NCBI RefSeq assembly: GCF_006345805.1
Contig: NC_043009.1
Coordinates: 58,218,001-58,282,000 of the forward strand
Direction of reading: 5' to 3'
DNA length: 64,000 nt
Source of the DNA: Octopus sinensis
Taxonomy: Eukaryota
Position 1 is the first letter of the stretch, and each line of letters begins with the position of its first letter. The position numbers and the translations under genes are program-made. Under the pieces are notes generated by a model that did not search any database, had not been told where the DNA came from, and saw nothing but the letters and a program-made list of their open reading frames with translations. Positions 25,600 to 38,460 of the stretch are shown piece by piece.

Positions 25600-26015
25600 C
25601 CTTTCTACTATAGGTACGAGGCCTGAAATTCTTGGGGAAGGGGCACTAGTCAATTACATCGACCTCGGAAAGATGAGAGGCAAAGTCGACCTCGGCGGGA
25701 GTTGAACTCAGAACGTAAACACGGGCGAAATGCCACGCAGCATTTTGACCGGCGTGCTAACGATTTTGCCAGCTCACCGCCTTTCAAAGCAATGAAATAA
25801 TATTTTCTACTCTATGCAGAAGGCCCGAAATTTTAGGGGAGAGGGCCAGTAGATTAGATTGACCCCGGTACACAACTGGTACTTAATTTATCGACCTCGA
25901 AAGGATAAAAGGCAACGTCGACCTCGGCAGAATTTGAACTCAGAACGTATAGACAGACGAAATGCCACTTAGCATTTAACCCGGCGTGCTAACGATTCTG
26001 ACAGTACGACGCCTT
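25600..26015 (-). mobile_element. Two tandem SINE family B copies separated and flanked by the same 18-bp target motif
   Basis: ccaaagctatgaaataat (25582), tcaaagcaatgaaataat (25784), ccaaagctatgatataat (26016). Confidence 0.85.
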
Positions 26016-26938
26016 CCAAAGCTATGATATAATGCATGATTAATTCAAAACAATGTGAATGCATTACCATTGCATTTGGCCGATTAATCTGGACGCTAAA
26101 GGGTTAAGTAATCCTCCTCCTCCTCATATATATATCGTGAAACAACTCTTCTCCTATAATTCACGACACGAAATTTATTGTGAAAGCGTTTCCTAATTGC
26201 AATAAAAAATTCTTCAATCTCAATTTTTAGCCCTTCGTTTCCCAGTCTGTGATTCGTGGAGTTTTCATTTCCTATTTCCACCCAGCTCCACGTTGTTTTT
26301 TTTCAGTATTTGTCATTTAGACAATTTCCTTACATTTAAATTATTACAGAATACCATCACTCTATTTTGATCTTGGTTGATAGCTCTCTTACTATTATTG
26401 CAATTTCACCTTCTCTCCTCATAACTGCTTCGAAATTCACCTTATGTCTGTTTTCTTTTTTGGGGGCTCTCTTGAAGTATAGAAAATAATTTTTATATTT
26501 GTAAGACTTTTCTTATTGATTATTACATACTTTTGTGGTGAAACAATGGATACATTATAATAATTTTATAGTTACATAGCGTCCATTATTTATTGCGAAT
26601 ATAAAAATATTGTTAGATGTTGTGCGGCGTATACTTAAATACAGTTTATTTATCTTGGTTTTATATTCTAGACTTGATAATTCATTTAATTAGCAGATAA
26701 TGATTACAACTTAGTAGTCGGACAGTTAGCATAATGTTGCCTTTAACCTTATCTTTTCTCACTTAAGCTCTGTTTTAAGTAATAATTTAATACATCTATA
26801 ATATCCGCCCTTAATCTTTTCTTTCATTTGTGCATATTTTATAGTGTTTTCTGAGAATTTCTAATTCTGCGCTTAGTCTAATTCTCTTACCGTTTGTTAT
26901 TTATCTATAAATGATAGTCTTCTTAACATTTCTCTGTT

Positions 26939-27560
26939 CATAAGGCAGCGAGCTGGCAGAAACGTTAGCACGCCGGGCAAAATGCTTGGCGGTTTTTCGT
27001 CTGCCGCTACGTTCTGAGTTCAAATTCCGCCGAGGTCGACTTTGCCTTTCATCATTTCGGGGTCGATTAAATAAGTACCAGTTACGCACTGGGGTCTATG
27101 TAATCGACTTAATCCATTTGCCTGTCCTTGTTTGTCCCCTCTGTGCTTAGCCCCTTGTGAGTAGTAAAGAAATAGATATTTCGTCTGCCGTTACGTTCTG
27201 AGATCAAATTCCACCGCGGTCGACTTCGCCTCTCATCCTTTCGAGATCGATAAATTAAGAATCAGTTACGCGCTGGAGTCGATATAATCGACTTAATCTC
27301 TTTGTCTGTCATTGTTTGTCCCCTTTATGTTTAGCCCTTCGAGGGCAATAAAGAAATATGATACGTTAGCACGTTGGGCGAAAAGCTTAGCAGTGTTTCG
27401 TCTGTCTTTACGTTCTGAGTTCAAATGCTGCCGACGTCAACTGTGCCTTTCATTCTTTCGGGGTCGATAAATTAAGTACCAGTTGCGCAGTGGTGTCTAT
27501 CTAATCGTCTGGCCCCTCCCACTCCGAAACTTTTCGGGCCTTCTACCTTGAGTAGAAAAG
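26939..27560 (+). mobile_element. SINE family B trimer with 14-bp TSD
   Basis: Three head-to-tail units, flanked by aacatttctctgtt at 26925-26938 and 27561-27574. Confidence 0.93.
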
Positions 27561-27667
27561 AACATTTCTCTGTTTCTCTTTACCTTACACTTTTGCTTGT
27601 TTCTGCGGCCATGTGTTCGGCCCTCGGTGTCAATAAAGAAAGAATTATTTTTTAAAATTATTATTAT

Positions 27668-28225
27668 TGAGTGAGAGAGCACTGCATGCTATCAAAGTGA
27701 TACTGGGGTAAAATATACGAAGCCCAGTATACCCATCATGACTACCCGTCTGATAAGGGTACACTAGGCACATGCATCACAACCATATGTGCGCGACATG
27801 GTGATCTCATATCAAGATAAACAGCACATAACTTTGTAGGTGGGACCAAGTTAGAATTTCCTTCTGGTCGAGTAAAATCCCGCTCAAAAGGTCCCTGAAT
27901 AAGGGTTGTTTAAGGATGTTGAACGACCCCCCCCCCACCATGTTTCCAAAGGTGAATTAACCAAACCTCCAAGAATTAATCTCAACACACCGCTATGATG
28001 CTCCCCCACTACTTCTGCTTGTGATCAGAGATACACATAACGTCAACCACGAAGGGACAGGATCAACGGTTTAAGGTCAAGCAACTGATAGGTGAATTAT
28101 CAAAGCCTCCAAAAATTCCTTTCAATACACCGCTATGATACTCCACCGCTACATCTGCTCATGATCAGAGATGCACATAACGTCAGCCACTAAGGGACAT
28201 GGTCAACTGGTTAAGGTAAAAAAAC
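27668..28225. mobile_element. Unclassified interspersed repeat with a 140-bp tandem duplication at its end
   Basis: The segment starting ggtgaatta at 27951 recurs at 28091 with substitutions. Lies inside the R4-like relic. Confidence 0.6.
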
Positions 28226-28229
28226 AACA

Positions 28230-28360
28230 TATTATTATTATTATTTCTTCCTCTTCTTCTCCATCTTCTTCTTCTTCTTCTCCTTCTTCTTCTTCTTCTT
28301 CTTCTTCTCCTCCTCCCTCTTCTTCTTCTTCTTCTTCTTCTTCTTCTCCTCCTCCTCCTC

Positions 28361-28391
<31 letters not shown>

Positions 28392-28484
28392 TTATTATTA
28401 TTATTATATTATTATTATAACTATCATTATTATAACTATTATTATTTTTATCATTATTATTATTATAACTGTTATTATTATAAC

Positions 28485-28533
<49 letters not shown>

Positions 28534-28598
28534 ACTACCATTATTTTAACTATTATTATTTTTATCATTATTATTATTATAACTGTTATTATTATAAC

Positions 28599-28632
<34 letters not shown>

Positions 28633-28697
28633 ACTACCATTATTATAACTATTATTATTTTTATCATTATTATTATTATAACTGTTATTATTATAAC

Positions 28698-28731
<34 letters not shown>

Positions 28732-28822
28732 ACTACCATTATTATAACTATTATTATTTTTATCATTATTATTATTATAACTGTTATTATTATTATTATA
28801 ACTATTATTATTACTATTATTA

Positions 28823-28872
<50 letters not shown>

Positions 28873-28894
28873 ACTATTATTATTACTATTATTA

Positions 28895-28925
<31 letters not shown>

Positions 28926-29037
28926 CATTATAACTATTATTATTATTATTATTATAACTATTATTATTACTATCATTATTATTATTATTATTATATTATT
29001 ATTATTATTATTATTATTATCATTATTATTATTATTA

Positions 29038-29083
<46 letters not shown>

Positions 29084-29112
29084 CATCATCATTATTACTA
29101 TTATTATTATTG
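28230..29112. repeat. (TCT)n then (ATT)n array with a higher-order repeat of about 100-110 bp
   Basis: The variant block tttatcattattattattataactgttattat recurs four times (about 28447, 28559, 28660, 28757). Confidence 0.92.
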
Positions 29113-30217
29113 CAGCTTACTATTTGTAATCTGCAAGTAAGCGTTTTCCAGTGGGTCTCTAGTTTGTACATTCGCCACTTTATCTCCTTATAACTTGAAA
29201 CAACAGTTTTTCTCTGTTTTACTCTGGCTCCTTCAATATCTTATTAAACATCTCTGTTAGCGCTTTTTTTTTTTTATTTTTCCACCTGTTAGAAGTTTTA
29301 ACATGAATATTGTTGTCTTTTTTCTCTGCTTTTGGTCAGTTTTCGTTTAATTGTGGTTTCTGGGCAAACTCTTGTGGTGAGGTGTCTTCCCCACGGTTGT
29401 TCAGGTGTTGCGTTCTTGATAAAATAGTTTTGCGGTTGGAGACGGTTTTTTTGTATTTTTTTCCCCTTTTTTTTCAAAAGAATCGTTCTCGATTATTGTT
29501 CCGAGAGATATCATGCGATTAACCAAAGATCTCTCGTTTCCGGCGCTATTTCATTTCAAGTATTTGTTTCTTTGTTATATTCTACATATTTAGTGTTTCT
29601 TTCTCCATCATTTTCCACTTCTGTATTTTCTTTATTGATTTCTCTAAAGATCGAGAATACTTTTCTTATATTTTCTACATTCTTCCTTATGTTTGTTTTT
29701 CATTTCGTTCACCCTGGGTTTTAATATTCTTACATGCGTAGATATGATGGAATTAGAAATGTCCGTTCTAGCTATTGTGACTACCGCATATTTATTTCGG
29801 TTTACAAGGTGATATTGATGTTAAGTATCATTTTTCATTAAAATTGTGATTGGGAAGTACTTTTATGGATTCGAGGCAGATGATTATTTGGTGAGTTTAA
29901 TTATGTCATTATTTCCATTTTTATAATAATATCACATCTATGATTTCCATCTTTTCAATATCCTACTCCTACATTTATCTGATACTCACTTTTATTCTTT
30001 GCTCTACATTCGCTGTTCTTGGTCAGTGTTCTCGGGTTTATCTATACTTTCCTCTTCTTGTCTCCTGTTCTGTTATCATTTACTCTCTATCTTGTGCAAC
30101 CGAACAATGTGCTCGGTAGCGTTTTTGCCGCTGTCACATGTTCAGAATTTAGGTGTTCCGAGTCTAAACTATTCTTCTTTGTGGGAATTTTGTAGCAACG
30201 TATAACATCAACGGATA

Positions 30218-30577
30218 GGCGTAGGATTGGATTGGCTGTGTGGTACGTAGCTTGCTTACGAACCACATGGTTCCGGGTTCAGACCTTTTTCAAGCCTAAC
30301 CAGGCTCATGAACCCGGTTTCCCGGTTTCTGTGGTGTATGTGTTCCCACCAGCTGGACGGGACGACAGTCCATCGCAGCGTTACTCCAGAAACAGGAAGA
30401 AAGAGTGAGAGAAAGTTGTGGCGTAAGAGTACAACAGGTGATGCCACCACCCTTACCGGATATCGTGGAGCTTTTAGTGGTTTTCGCTAAATAAACAGAC
30501 ACAACGCCCGGTCTGGGAATCGAATCCGCGATCCTCCGACCGCGAGTCCGCTGTCCTAACCACTGAACCATTGCCCC
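30218..30577. mobile_element. Family A head (+, 30218-30290) abutting a family C copy (-, 30292-30577, tail type 2)
   Basis: ggctgtgtggtacgtagcttgcttacgaaccacatggttccgggttcag, then the reverse complement of a family C copy like 38892-39194. Confidence 0.85.
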
Positions 30578-30639
30578 TGTTCGTCGTTATTTTAGAGAGG
30601 AGACCGTAGATTACCACTATGCGATTGACATCTCTTCTT

Positions 30640-30700
30640 CTTCTTCTTCTTCTTCATCTTGTTTTTGTTGTTTTTCTTCTTTTTGCTGTTGTTGTTGTTG

Positions 30701-30733
<33 letters not shown>

Positions 30734-30959
30734 TTTTTCTTCTTCTTTTTTTCTTCATCTTGTTTTTGTTGTTCTTGTTCTTCTTCTTCCTCATCTTGTT
30801 GCTCTTCTATTTCTTTTTCTTCATCTTGTTTTTGTTGTTGTTCTTCTTCTTCCTCATCTTGTTGCTCTTCTATTTATTTTTCTTCATCTTGTTTTTGTTG
30901 TTGTTCTTCTTCTTCCTCATCTTGTTGCTCTTCTATTTATTTTTCTTCAACTTGTTTTT

Positions 30960-31004
<45 letters not shown>

Positions 31005-31005
31005 C
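30640..31005. repeat. (TCT/TGT)n array with a 63-bp higher-order unit
   Basis: tcatcttgttgctcttctattt recurs at 30791, 30854 and 30917. Confidence 0.92.
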
Positions 31006-31479
31006 GCGTGACCATGGAGATACAATTCTTCTTCCTCCCGCAAATTTTCTGAAATGTATATAAGAAAGGTAAACATAATCTAAGTGATTGACATTACGTT
31101 CAGTATGCACTTATAATCTCAAGAGCTCAAATGTGACCGAACACGTCCTTGACAATTTGCATTAATATATACTATATGATATTTCTCTGAATGACCATGT
31201 TTACCTGATTTCGGGAAAGGACTATTTCGTCGTATCTCTCTGTATTTTTGTTGTTGTTTTTATCTCATGACCATTGCACATTGACAGAATAACATATTGT
31301 GTATTATTTATCAATATAAACCTAATACCTGTAATATAAATTTTAAAAAAATAACCATGACATTTTTAATATCCAGTGGACGAGGAAGGTATTTTGTAAG
31401 TTCTTACTGGTAGAATCGTTCTCCAATACATCTAAAGTGTCTCCCATTTTCAGCCATCGCCATTTTGATCATGATGACT

Positions 31480-32428
31480 ATAGACATCGACTTCATCGTC
31501 GTCGTCATCATTATCATCATCATCATCATCACCACTACCACCACCATTTCATTACCATCATCCTCGTCGTTGTAATCACCGTCTTACTGTTGTTTTTGTA
31601 GTTGTTCTACTTCTTCGTTTTCTTCTACTTCTCCTCCGTTTCCTTCTTCTTCTTCTTCTTCTTCTTCTTCTTCTTCTTCTTCTTCTTCTTCTCCTCCTTC
31701 TTTTTTTTCTTCTTCTTCCTCATCTTGTTGTTGTTCTTCATCTTCTCCTTTTTCCTTCTCTTCTTTTTCTTGTTATTGTTGTTGTTGTTCTTGCTGCTGT
31801 TCTTCTTCCTCTCCTTTTTCCTCTTCTTCTTTTTCTTGTTGTTGCACTTCTTCTTCCTCCACTTTCTTCTCCCCCCATTTATCTACGCTTTCTCTTTCGC
31901 TTTTCCTGTTCCTCTTCCATATGTCATCATCTTCTCCCACTTCCTCCACCTCCACTTCATCTTCTTCGTTACATTGTCATCTTCCTAACAGTACTAGTTG
32001 TAACAGCAGCAACAGCAGCAGCAGCAGTAGTTCTTGTTGATGTATGATTCACACCGTAGACATTACCACTACTAGTTTACGCTGGTTTTCACTCTTCTCT
32101 GCCAACCAAACGACATAACTGCTATATATTTATATATATATATTTATCCGTTTATTTATTTATTCCTTTATTATTTATCTATTTATTTTCGTTGTCACCA
32201 TTGTTATCATTTTCCAGCTAATGTTATTGTTAGTTTGTTGTTATACTAATTTGTTTTTGTTTTTTTTTTGTTCTCATTATTCAGAAATACGACAACGATA
32301 ATGATGAGGATGATGACGATGGAGGGAGTAAAGGTGATTTTTGATATTAGTGATGATGAGGCTAGCGATGTCGATGATGATGATGATGCTGTTGTTGATG
32401 ATGATGATGATGATGATGATGCTGTTGT

Positions 32429-32495
<67 letters not shown>

Positions 32496-32525
32496 AACGA
32501 TGATGATGACGACGACGACGATGGT
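31480..32525. repeat. Compound trinucleotide arrays (CAT, TCT, CAG, GAT)
   Basis: Direct reading of the sequence. Confidence 0.9.
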
Positions 32526-33023
32526 TGAAGTCGATATATTCTTTAGCCAAGTAGTTAATAGGTTACGCTGAAAGGCAGCCATACTTTATATATCGTATGA
32601 TCAACGAAGTGAAAAGCTAGCGTGACAACTTGTTAATCTGGTGTGTGCAGAGTTATTTGTTCGCTCTTCTTTGTTTGCTTGTTTCTTTGCTAATAGTTTT
32701 AGAGAAAGGATCTTTCTGGCGACTGGGGAAAATATAGTAAGACTGACAGAAAGAGTGAGAGAGAGAGAGAGGGGTGAAAGCAAGAGAGAGAGAGAGAGAG
32801 AGACAGTAATATACAAGTCACAGAGTTATAGACATAGAAAGTACAAGAGAAAAAGCAAGATATAACAGAATTTAAGATAGATAGATAGAGAGTTAGAAAG
32901 AGAGTGAGAGAGAGAGAGAGAGAGAGAAAGAGAGGAAAAGAAAGAAGAAAAAAGAGAGAGATTAAGTGAAAGTCAGAAATGATATAGAATATGAATACGC
33001 ACATACACTTTAATGACTGTTTC

Positions 33024-33096
<73 letters not shown>

Positions 33097-33129
33097 CATA
33101 TATTATATATACACATATATATATATATA

Positions 33130-33178
<49 letters not shown>

Positions 33179-33874
33179 CATATATATATATCATATATAT
33201 ATCATATATACATATATATATATACTATATATATATATATACTATATATATATTGTGTGTTACGTACTCATGCATCATACATTTGCATACACACGCTCAT
33301 ACCCACACACAGACATTAAAACAACAGAAAGTGGTCATTACTTATATGTAGAGTATAAACGGTTTGACTTTCTAACCTCTGTTTCGTGTATATGTATGTA
33401 TACGCACACACAACGACGGCCACCCCTCATACAAACAGACACACACGCACACACACACATACACTCACACAGACGCGTATATTTGTGTATAAGACGAGTC
33501 ATGTAGAGGAGGAACGTAAGGAAGATTAGAACGAGAAAGAACAAGGAAAATGGCGACATTGACCATGATGTTATGATGAGAAGGAGAGGATGAGGAGGGA
33601 GAGGGGGAGGAGAAGAAGGTCTGTGTTCATTGTAGGGTGTTTGTGTGTTTACATGCATGTTATATGTATATATATATATATATTTGTGTGTATACAATTC
33701 TGGCTCATCGTCTTTTTTTATAAGTGGCAATCGTCTGAGAGTACAAGGCACCCAAATCCCGAAGCGGATCCCAGTTCAGCTGTTGCTTGTGTTCAATTTA
33801 AGATAGATGGACAGTGGAACCAGGAGAAATGAAGTGTGCGTTTAAATATATGCATACAAAACAACGTATCCATC

Positions 33875-34258
33875 CCCAATGCTTGGTATCTTGGGCAAGT
33901 GTCTTCTACTATTGCCCCAGCCCGACCAAAGCCTTGTGAGTCGATTTGGTTGACGGAAACTGAAAGTAGCCCGTCGTATATATATATATATATTATATAT
34001 ATATATAATAATATATATATATATATATATGGGGTGTATGTATATGCTTGTGTGTGGTGTGTATGTGTTTGTCCCCGACCATCGCTTGACAACCGATGTT
34101 GTGTTATGTTTAAGTCCCCGTAACTTACCGGTTCGGCTAAGAGACCGATAGAATAAGTACTAGACTCACAAAGAACAAGACCTGTGGTCGATGTGTTCGA
34201 TTAAAGGCGGTGATCCAGCATGGCCGCAGGCAACATGACTGAAACAAATAAAAGAATA
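33875..34258 (+). mobile_element. SINE family A (head truncated)
   Basis: cttgggcaagtgtcttctact...gaccgatagaataagtact...ccagcatggccgcag. Confidence 0.88.
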
Positions 34259-35534
34259 TGTACGTATATGTGTACGTTAACGCTGTGTATTCTCTGCTAT
34301 ATTTTCAGTGTGGCACAAATTAAACACAGCAAAGTTAACGCTCAAGTGTGCCAAATCTAAATAAACCCCTTCTCACGGATAGAAAAAAGGGATCTACGTT
34401 GACAGTTTTCCGTCATGTTTGATTTTCATAAGCTATAGATTACTATTTGATTTGGCCAAGGAGATAATTATAGCTAATAACTATATATGGTCACTAAATT
34501 TAATGAGTTTGTTCAACCGATTAGCTTAGTTTACGTAAATATTGATGTGTTAGTTATTTAAACTACCTAATTATTCATGTTCATTCTCGGCTGTATCTCT
34601 AATGAGGAGTAAAGTAAACATTTTTTCGCAACACTTAGAAAAATGTCGCTTTATTATGTTATAAACAAATGTCGGTTTTTCTTTCACTTGATATACAAGT
34701 AAATACGGATCTACATTACAGCTTTCAAATCTCGTTTGATTCTTCTCAGAGATAGCGTAGCATTTCTTGTGTATATGGGTTGAAGGGCATCTAGTAGAAA
34801 TACCTAAACACTAAATGAAGTCTTTGCTTACCTGATTAGCTCAAAAACAGTCATTTGTTTAAAGTTGCCGCAATACAGAGACCTATTTCTTGCTATAGAT
34901 ATAGTGGATGATAAACGCAGTTTAGTAATGACTACACTTCAATAAGATGCCTGAATAACAATATTTGTACAAATCGAGCTAATCAGTGAAGCAAACTAAA
35001 TACATTTACTGATAGTGTACATCTGTTAGCTATATATCTATCCGTGGGCAGATCAAATGAAAAGCCATTCCTTTTGAACTACACATGATTGGTGAAGCCA
35101 GTCAGGTTTTGAGTTGTGATAATACAGCGAATGATCCAGTGTTTCATTAGAACACGGTTCACACTACGGCAATAACGGTATGTATGGTTCTAGATACATA
35201 ACACAAACACATACATAGGTACATATGTGAAACTATGTAGTGGAAATACAAACAAGATATATTTAACTATTTCTCCGTAGACTAAAAACAAACAATTGAC
35301 GAATAGCCTCAATAGATTTTGGAACCTTCGTTAATTCTCGTCAGAGATATCTACTTTCACTTGATCAACCTCAGAGATATAAGTGGCCTATCGGTTTGTA
35401 TACACAACAAATTGAGCAGCTTCATAGAACCGGATCTCCTAATTTATCTATTCTGATATTTAGATCTATTTGATATCAGCATTGTCTCAACGGGGATCTC
35501 AGACCACACGGTATCAAGGTATGCTATCTTATAT

Positions 35535-35750
35535 GTGTGAAGGTGCGTGGCTTGAATGGGCGACGCGTTGTGTTGTTGAGCAAGACACTTCATTTCCATT
35601 TCTCCATTCCCCTGTTGGTCATGAGGGATTGCAGGCCTGCTCACCTAGTGAGCGGGGTGGCGACATACGAAGGCTAAAACAAGCAAAAGCGAATTGTGAC
35701 TGTCGATGTGTAACAACATCTGATAGCCTGGTCGGTTACGAGTCACATGA
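35535..35750 (+). mobile_element. Old SINE: CORE-like segment joined to the family C type-1 tail
   Basis: gttgagcaagacacttcattt...gaaggctaaaacaa...gatgtgtaacaacatctgatagcctggtcgg. Confidence 0.65.
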
Positions 35751-36779
35751 AGCAGAAAACTTTCAAACATGGAGTATATATTTTTTGGAAGTTCAATTCT
35801 AGGGACAAAAATTTTACTTACTAAACAATCGGGCAGTATTTTGCGGGCACATAATAATTGTCTGTTACCAGACAAAACTGGCAGACCAGCACGCGGATTG
35901 CTCACGTCCGTCTTCCTTGAAATCCACGGACAATGACCATGTACTTGGTGGTTTACTGTTTTCTATTATTGTGTTACGCAACTCCGATTTTTTCAGTAGG
36001 TGTTGGTTCCATGTTTCTCTTTGGCATATTTCACTAGTTCAAATTTCAATGCTATATCGTATTTATATCACCTTTAAAAGTCTACACAAGTGTGGGATGT
36101 AACCTGTAGGGCAGAAAATGGCTTGTGATATAAGACTTGGTAACGAGTAAATAAAGTTCTGGATATTTATGTGTCAAATCCCCTAACATTTCTATTAACT
36201 GAAAAGGGAACCTAACCTTGCGTAATTTCGCAATAGAATGCACTTTCGCACCACTACTATTAGTAAGAGACAAATTTTACAGTAGCAAAGACAGAATAAT
36301 TGCCGAGCAGTTAAAGTGAAAGCCTTTTTTTATTATTTACTGGGTAATTAAGGTGGAGAGCTGACAAGACCGGAAAAATTCTTAGCGGCATTTCATCTGT
36401 CTCTGTGCTTTGAGTTCAAATTCCAACGACGTCGAGTTTGTTTCTATCATTTTGGGACCAAGAATAATCGATTTATTCCCACACACGGAATTTGCTGGCT
36501 TTGTGCCAAAATTTGAAACCTATATTAAATAATGAAATGATGAAGTAACAGTCTTTCAAATGAGTTGTTTTCAGTTAATCCTAAGAAACCTACAGCGACA
36601 GTATATTAACTAGCATAGTGAAAAAAGATGCTTAGTGAAATTTCAAAATATATTTTATAAAAATATCTGCAATTTTATTGCAAAGAGTGTCGTAATCCGT
36701 TTCTCTCTCTCTCGACTATTAAACACACCGATAGCAACAGCAACAAAAACACTTTACAACCATAAGCTGTCTGTAGTTT

Positions 36780-38460
36780 TTGTGGTACATTTTCACTCAA
36801 TATTCTACATTAATATTTGAAATACTCGTTTCCGTACTAATAATTTATTCCTATAAGTTTTACCATTATTTTAAGGTAATATTTTGCAATATTTTTAACA
36901 TTGCATTCTATAGACACATTTATCATTATATTCTGTTAACATTTTTTACGCCTTATTCTGTGGTAGTGTTGAATACTTTATTCTATGTTCGTTATTTAAT
37001 GGTATATTCTAAAGTAATACGTTCACATACTATATTATGTATTACTAATTTAACCATATTCTCATATAGTAATATTTTAAAACTCTATATTTTACAGTAG
37101 TGCTTCAACATTTTATTATTCTACAAGCATTAGGCAGCGAGCTGGCAGAAACGTTAGCACGCCGGTCGAAATGCTTTGCGCTATTTCGTCTGCCGTTACG
37201 TTGTGAGTTCAAATTCCGCCGTGGTCAACTTTGCCTTTCAACCTTTCGGGGTCGATAAATTAAGTACCAGTTACGCACTGGGGTCGATGTAATCGACTTA
37301 ATCCGTTTGTCTGTCCTTGTTTGTCCTCTCAGTGTTTAGCCCCTTGTGAGTAGTAAAGAAATAGGTATTTCGTCTGCCGTTACGTTCTGAGTTCAAATTC
37401 CACCGAGGTCGACTTTCCCTTTCATCGTTTCGGGAACAATAAATAAAATATCAGTCAACAATAGGGGTCGACGTGATCAAATGTCTCCTCCCCCAACATT
37501 TCAGTCGTTGTGCCTACAGTAGAAAGGTCTATTCTATAAGTGTTTTTTGTCACTGTATATTTTCTGTGAACATGTTAATCCTTCATTCAGCTGCTTGGTT
37601 AAAATGATATTCCATGGCAATATTTTAACCATATTAAGATGGCGGACTGACAGAATCGTTAGTACATCGAGCAAAATGCTTGGCCATATTTCATCCATCT
37701 TTTCGTTCTGAGTTCAAATTGCGTCGAGGTCGACGTTGCCTTTAATCCTTTCGGAGTCGATAAAATCAGTACCAGTTAAGCACCGGGGTAGATGTAATCG
37801 ACTTATCCCCTCCCTCGAACTTACTAGCCTGGTGCCAACATTTAAAAACCAAGGAGGTGAACTGGCAGAACCGTTTACCAGCATTTCGATTGCCTTTAAA
37901 TTCTGAGCTCAAATACCACCGAGGTCGGCTTTGCCTTTCAGCTTCCCAGGGTCGGTAAAATAAGCTCCAGTTGAACACTGGTACCGATGTAATCGATTTA
38001 CTCCCTACCCCATCAATTTGCTTACCTTGTGTCAAAATCTGAAACCAATACCTTATATGTGTATAAACTCCAGTATTTATTCTACTATCCACTTATTCCC
38101 TGGTTATGTTTTCACTTTATATTCTAAAGCATTCTAAAGTTCTTTTATTCTTAGTTATATATTTAACGCCTACGTTCTATTGTAATATTTTTACTCTATA
38201 TTTCGTTGCAGTGTTTTAACCCTGTAAATGTTGTAGAAATATTTTAACGTTATATGCTAAAGATATATTTTAACGATCAATACACTCCAGTAATTATTTT
38301 AACAGACAAATTTAGGTAGCAATATGCTAACATTGAATACTCTACATTAATATTTTAGCGCCTGTATGTTCTATAATAATATTTTAACACCCTGTTTTAT
38401 ACCGTAATATTTTCATAGTTAATTTATTCAATAAATGTTTAATGTTTACCTATCGTATGC
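36780..38460. repeat. Highly decayed AT-rich tandem repeat (unit about 25-30 bp, tattcta...taatattttaac), interrupted by SINE B copies
   Basis: Recurrent tattcta and atattttaac motifs at 36800-37125 and 38150-38420. Confidence 0.45.
37128..37529 (+). mobile_element. SINE family B dimer with probable 11-bp TSD
   Basis: tattctacaag (37117) / tattctataag (37530) flank the dimer. Further B copies at 36350-36525, 37640-37830, 37855-38045 and 39350-39500. Confidence 0.88.

Larger units (their letters stand above)
26050..30100 (-). mobile_element. Fragmented R4/Dong-like non-LTR retrotransposon ORF relic, with nested insertions
   Basis: Minus-strand pieces in the expected order: KLFYQE (about 29420), TEMFNKILKEPE, N*RPT...YK (RT start, about 29150), MKEKIKGGYYRCIKLLLKTEL (about 26800), GLKIEIEEFFIAI (about 26220). 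Recalled similarity, heavily decayed. Confidence 0.65.
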
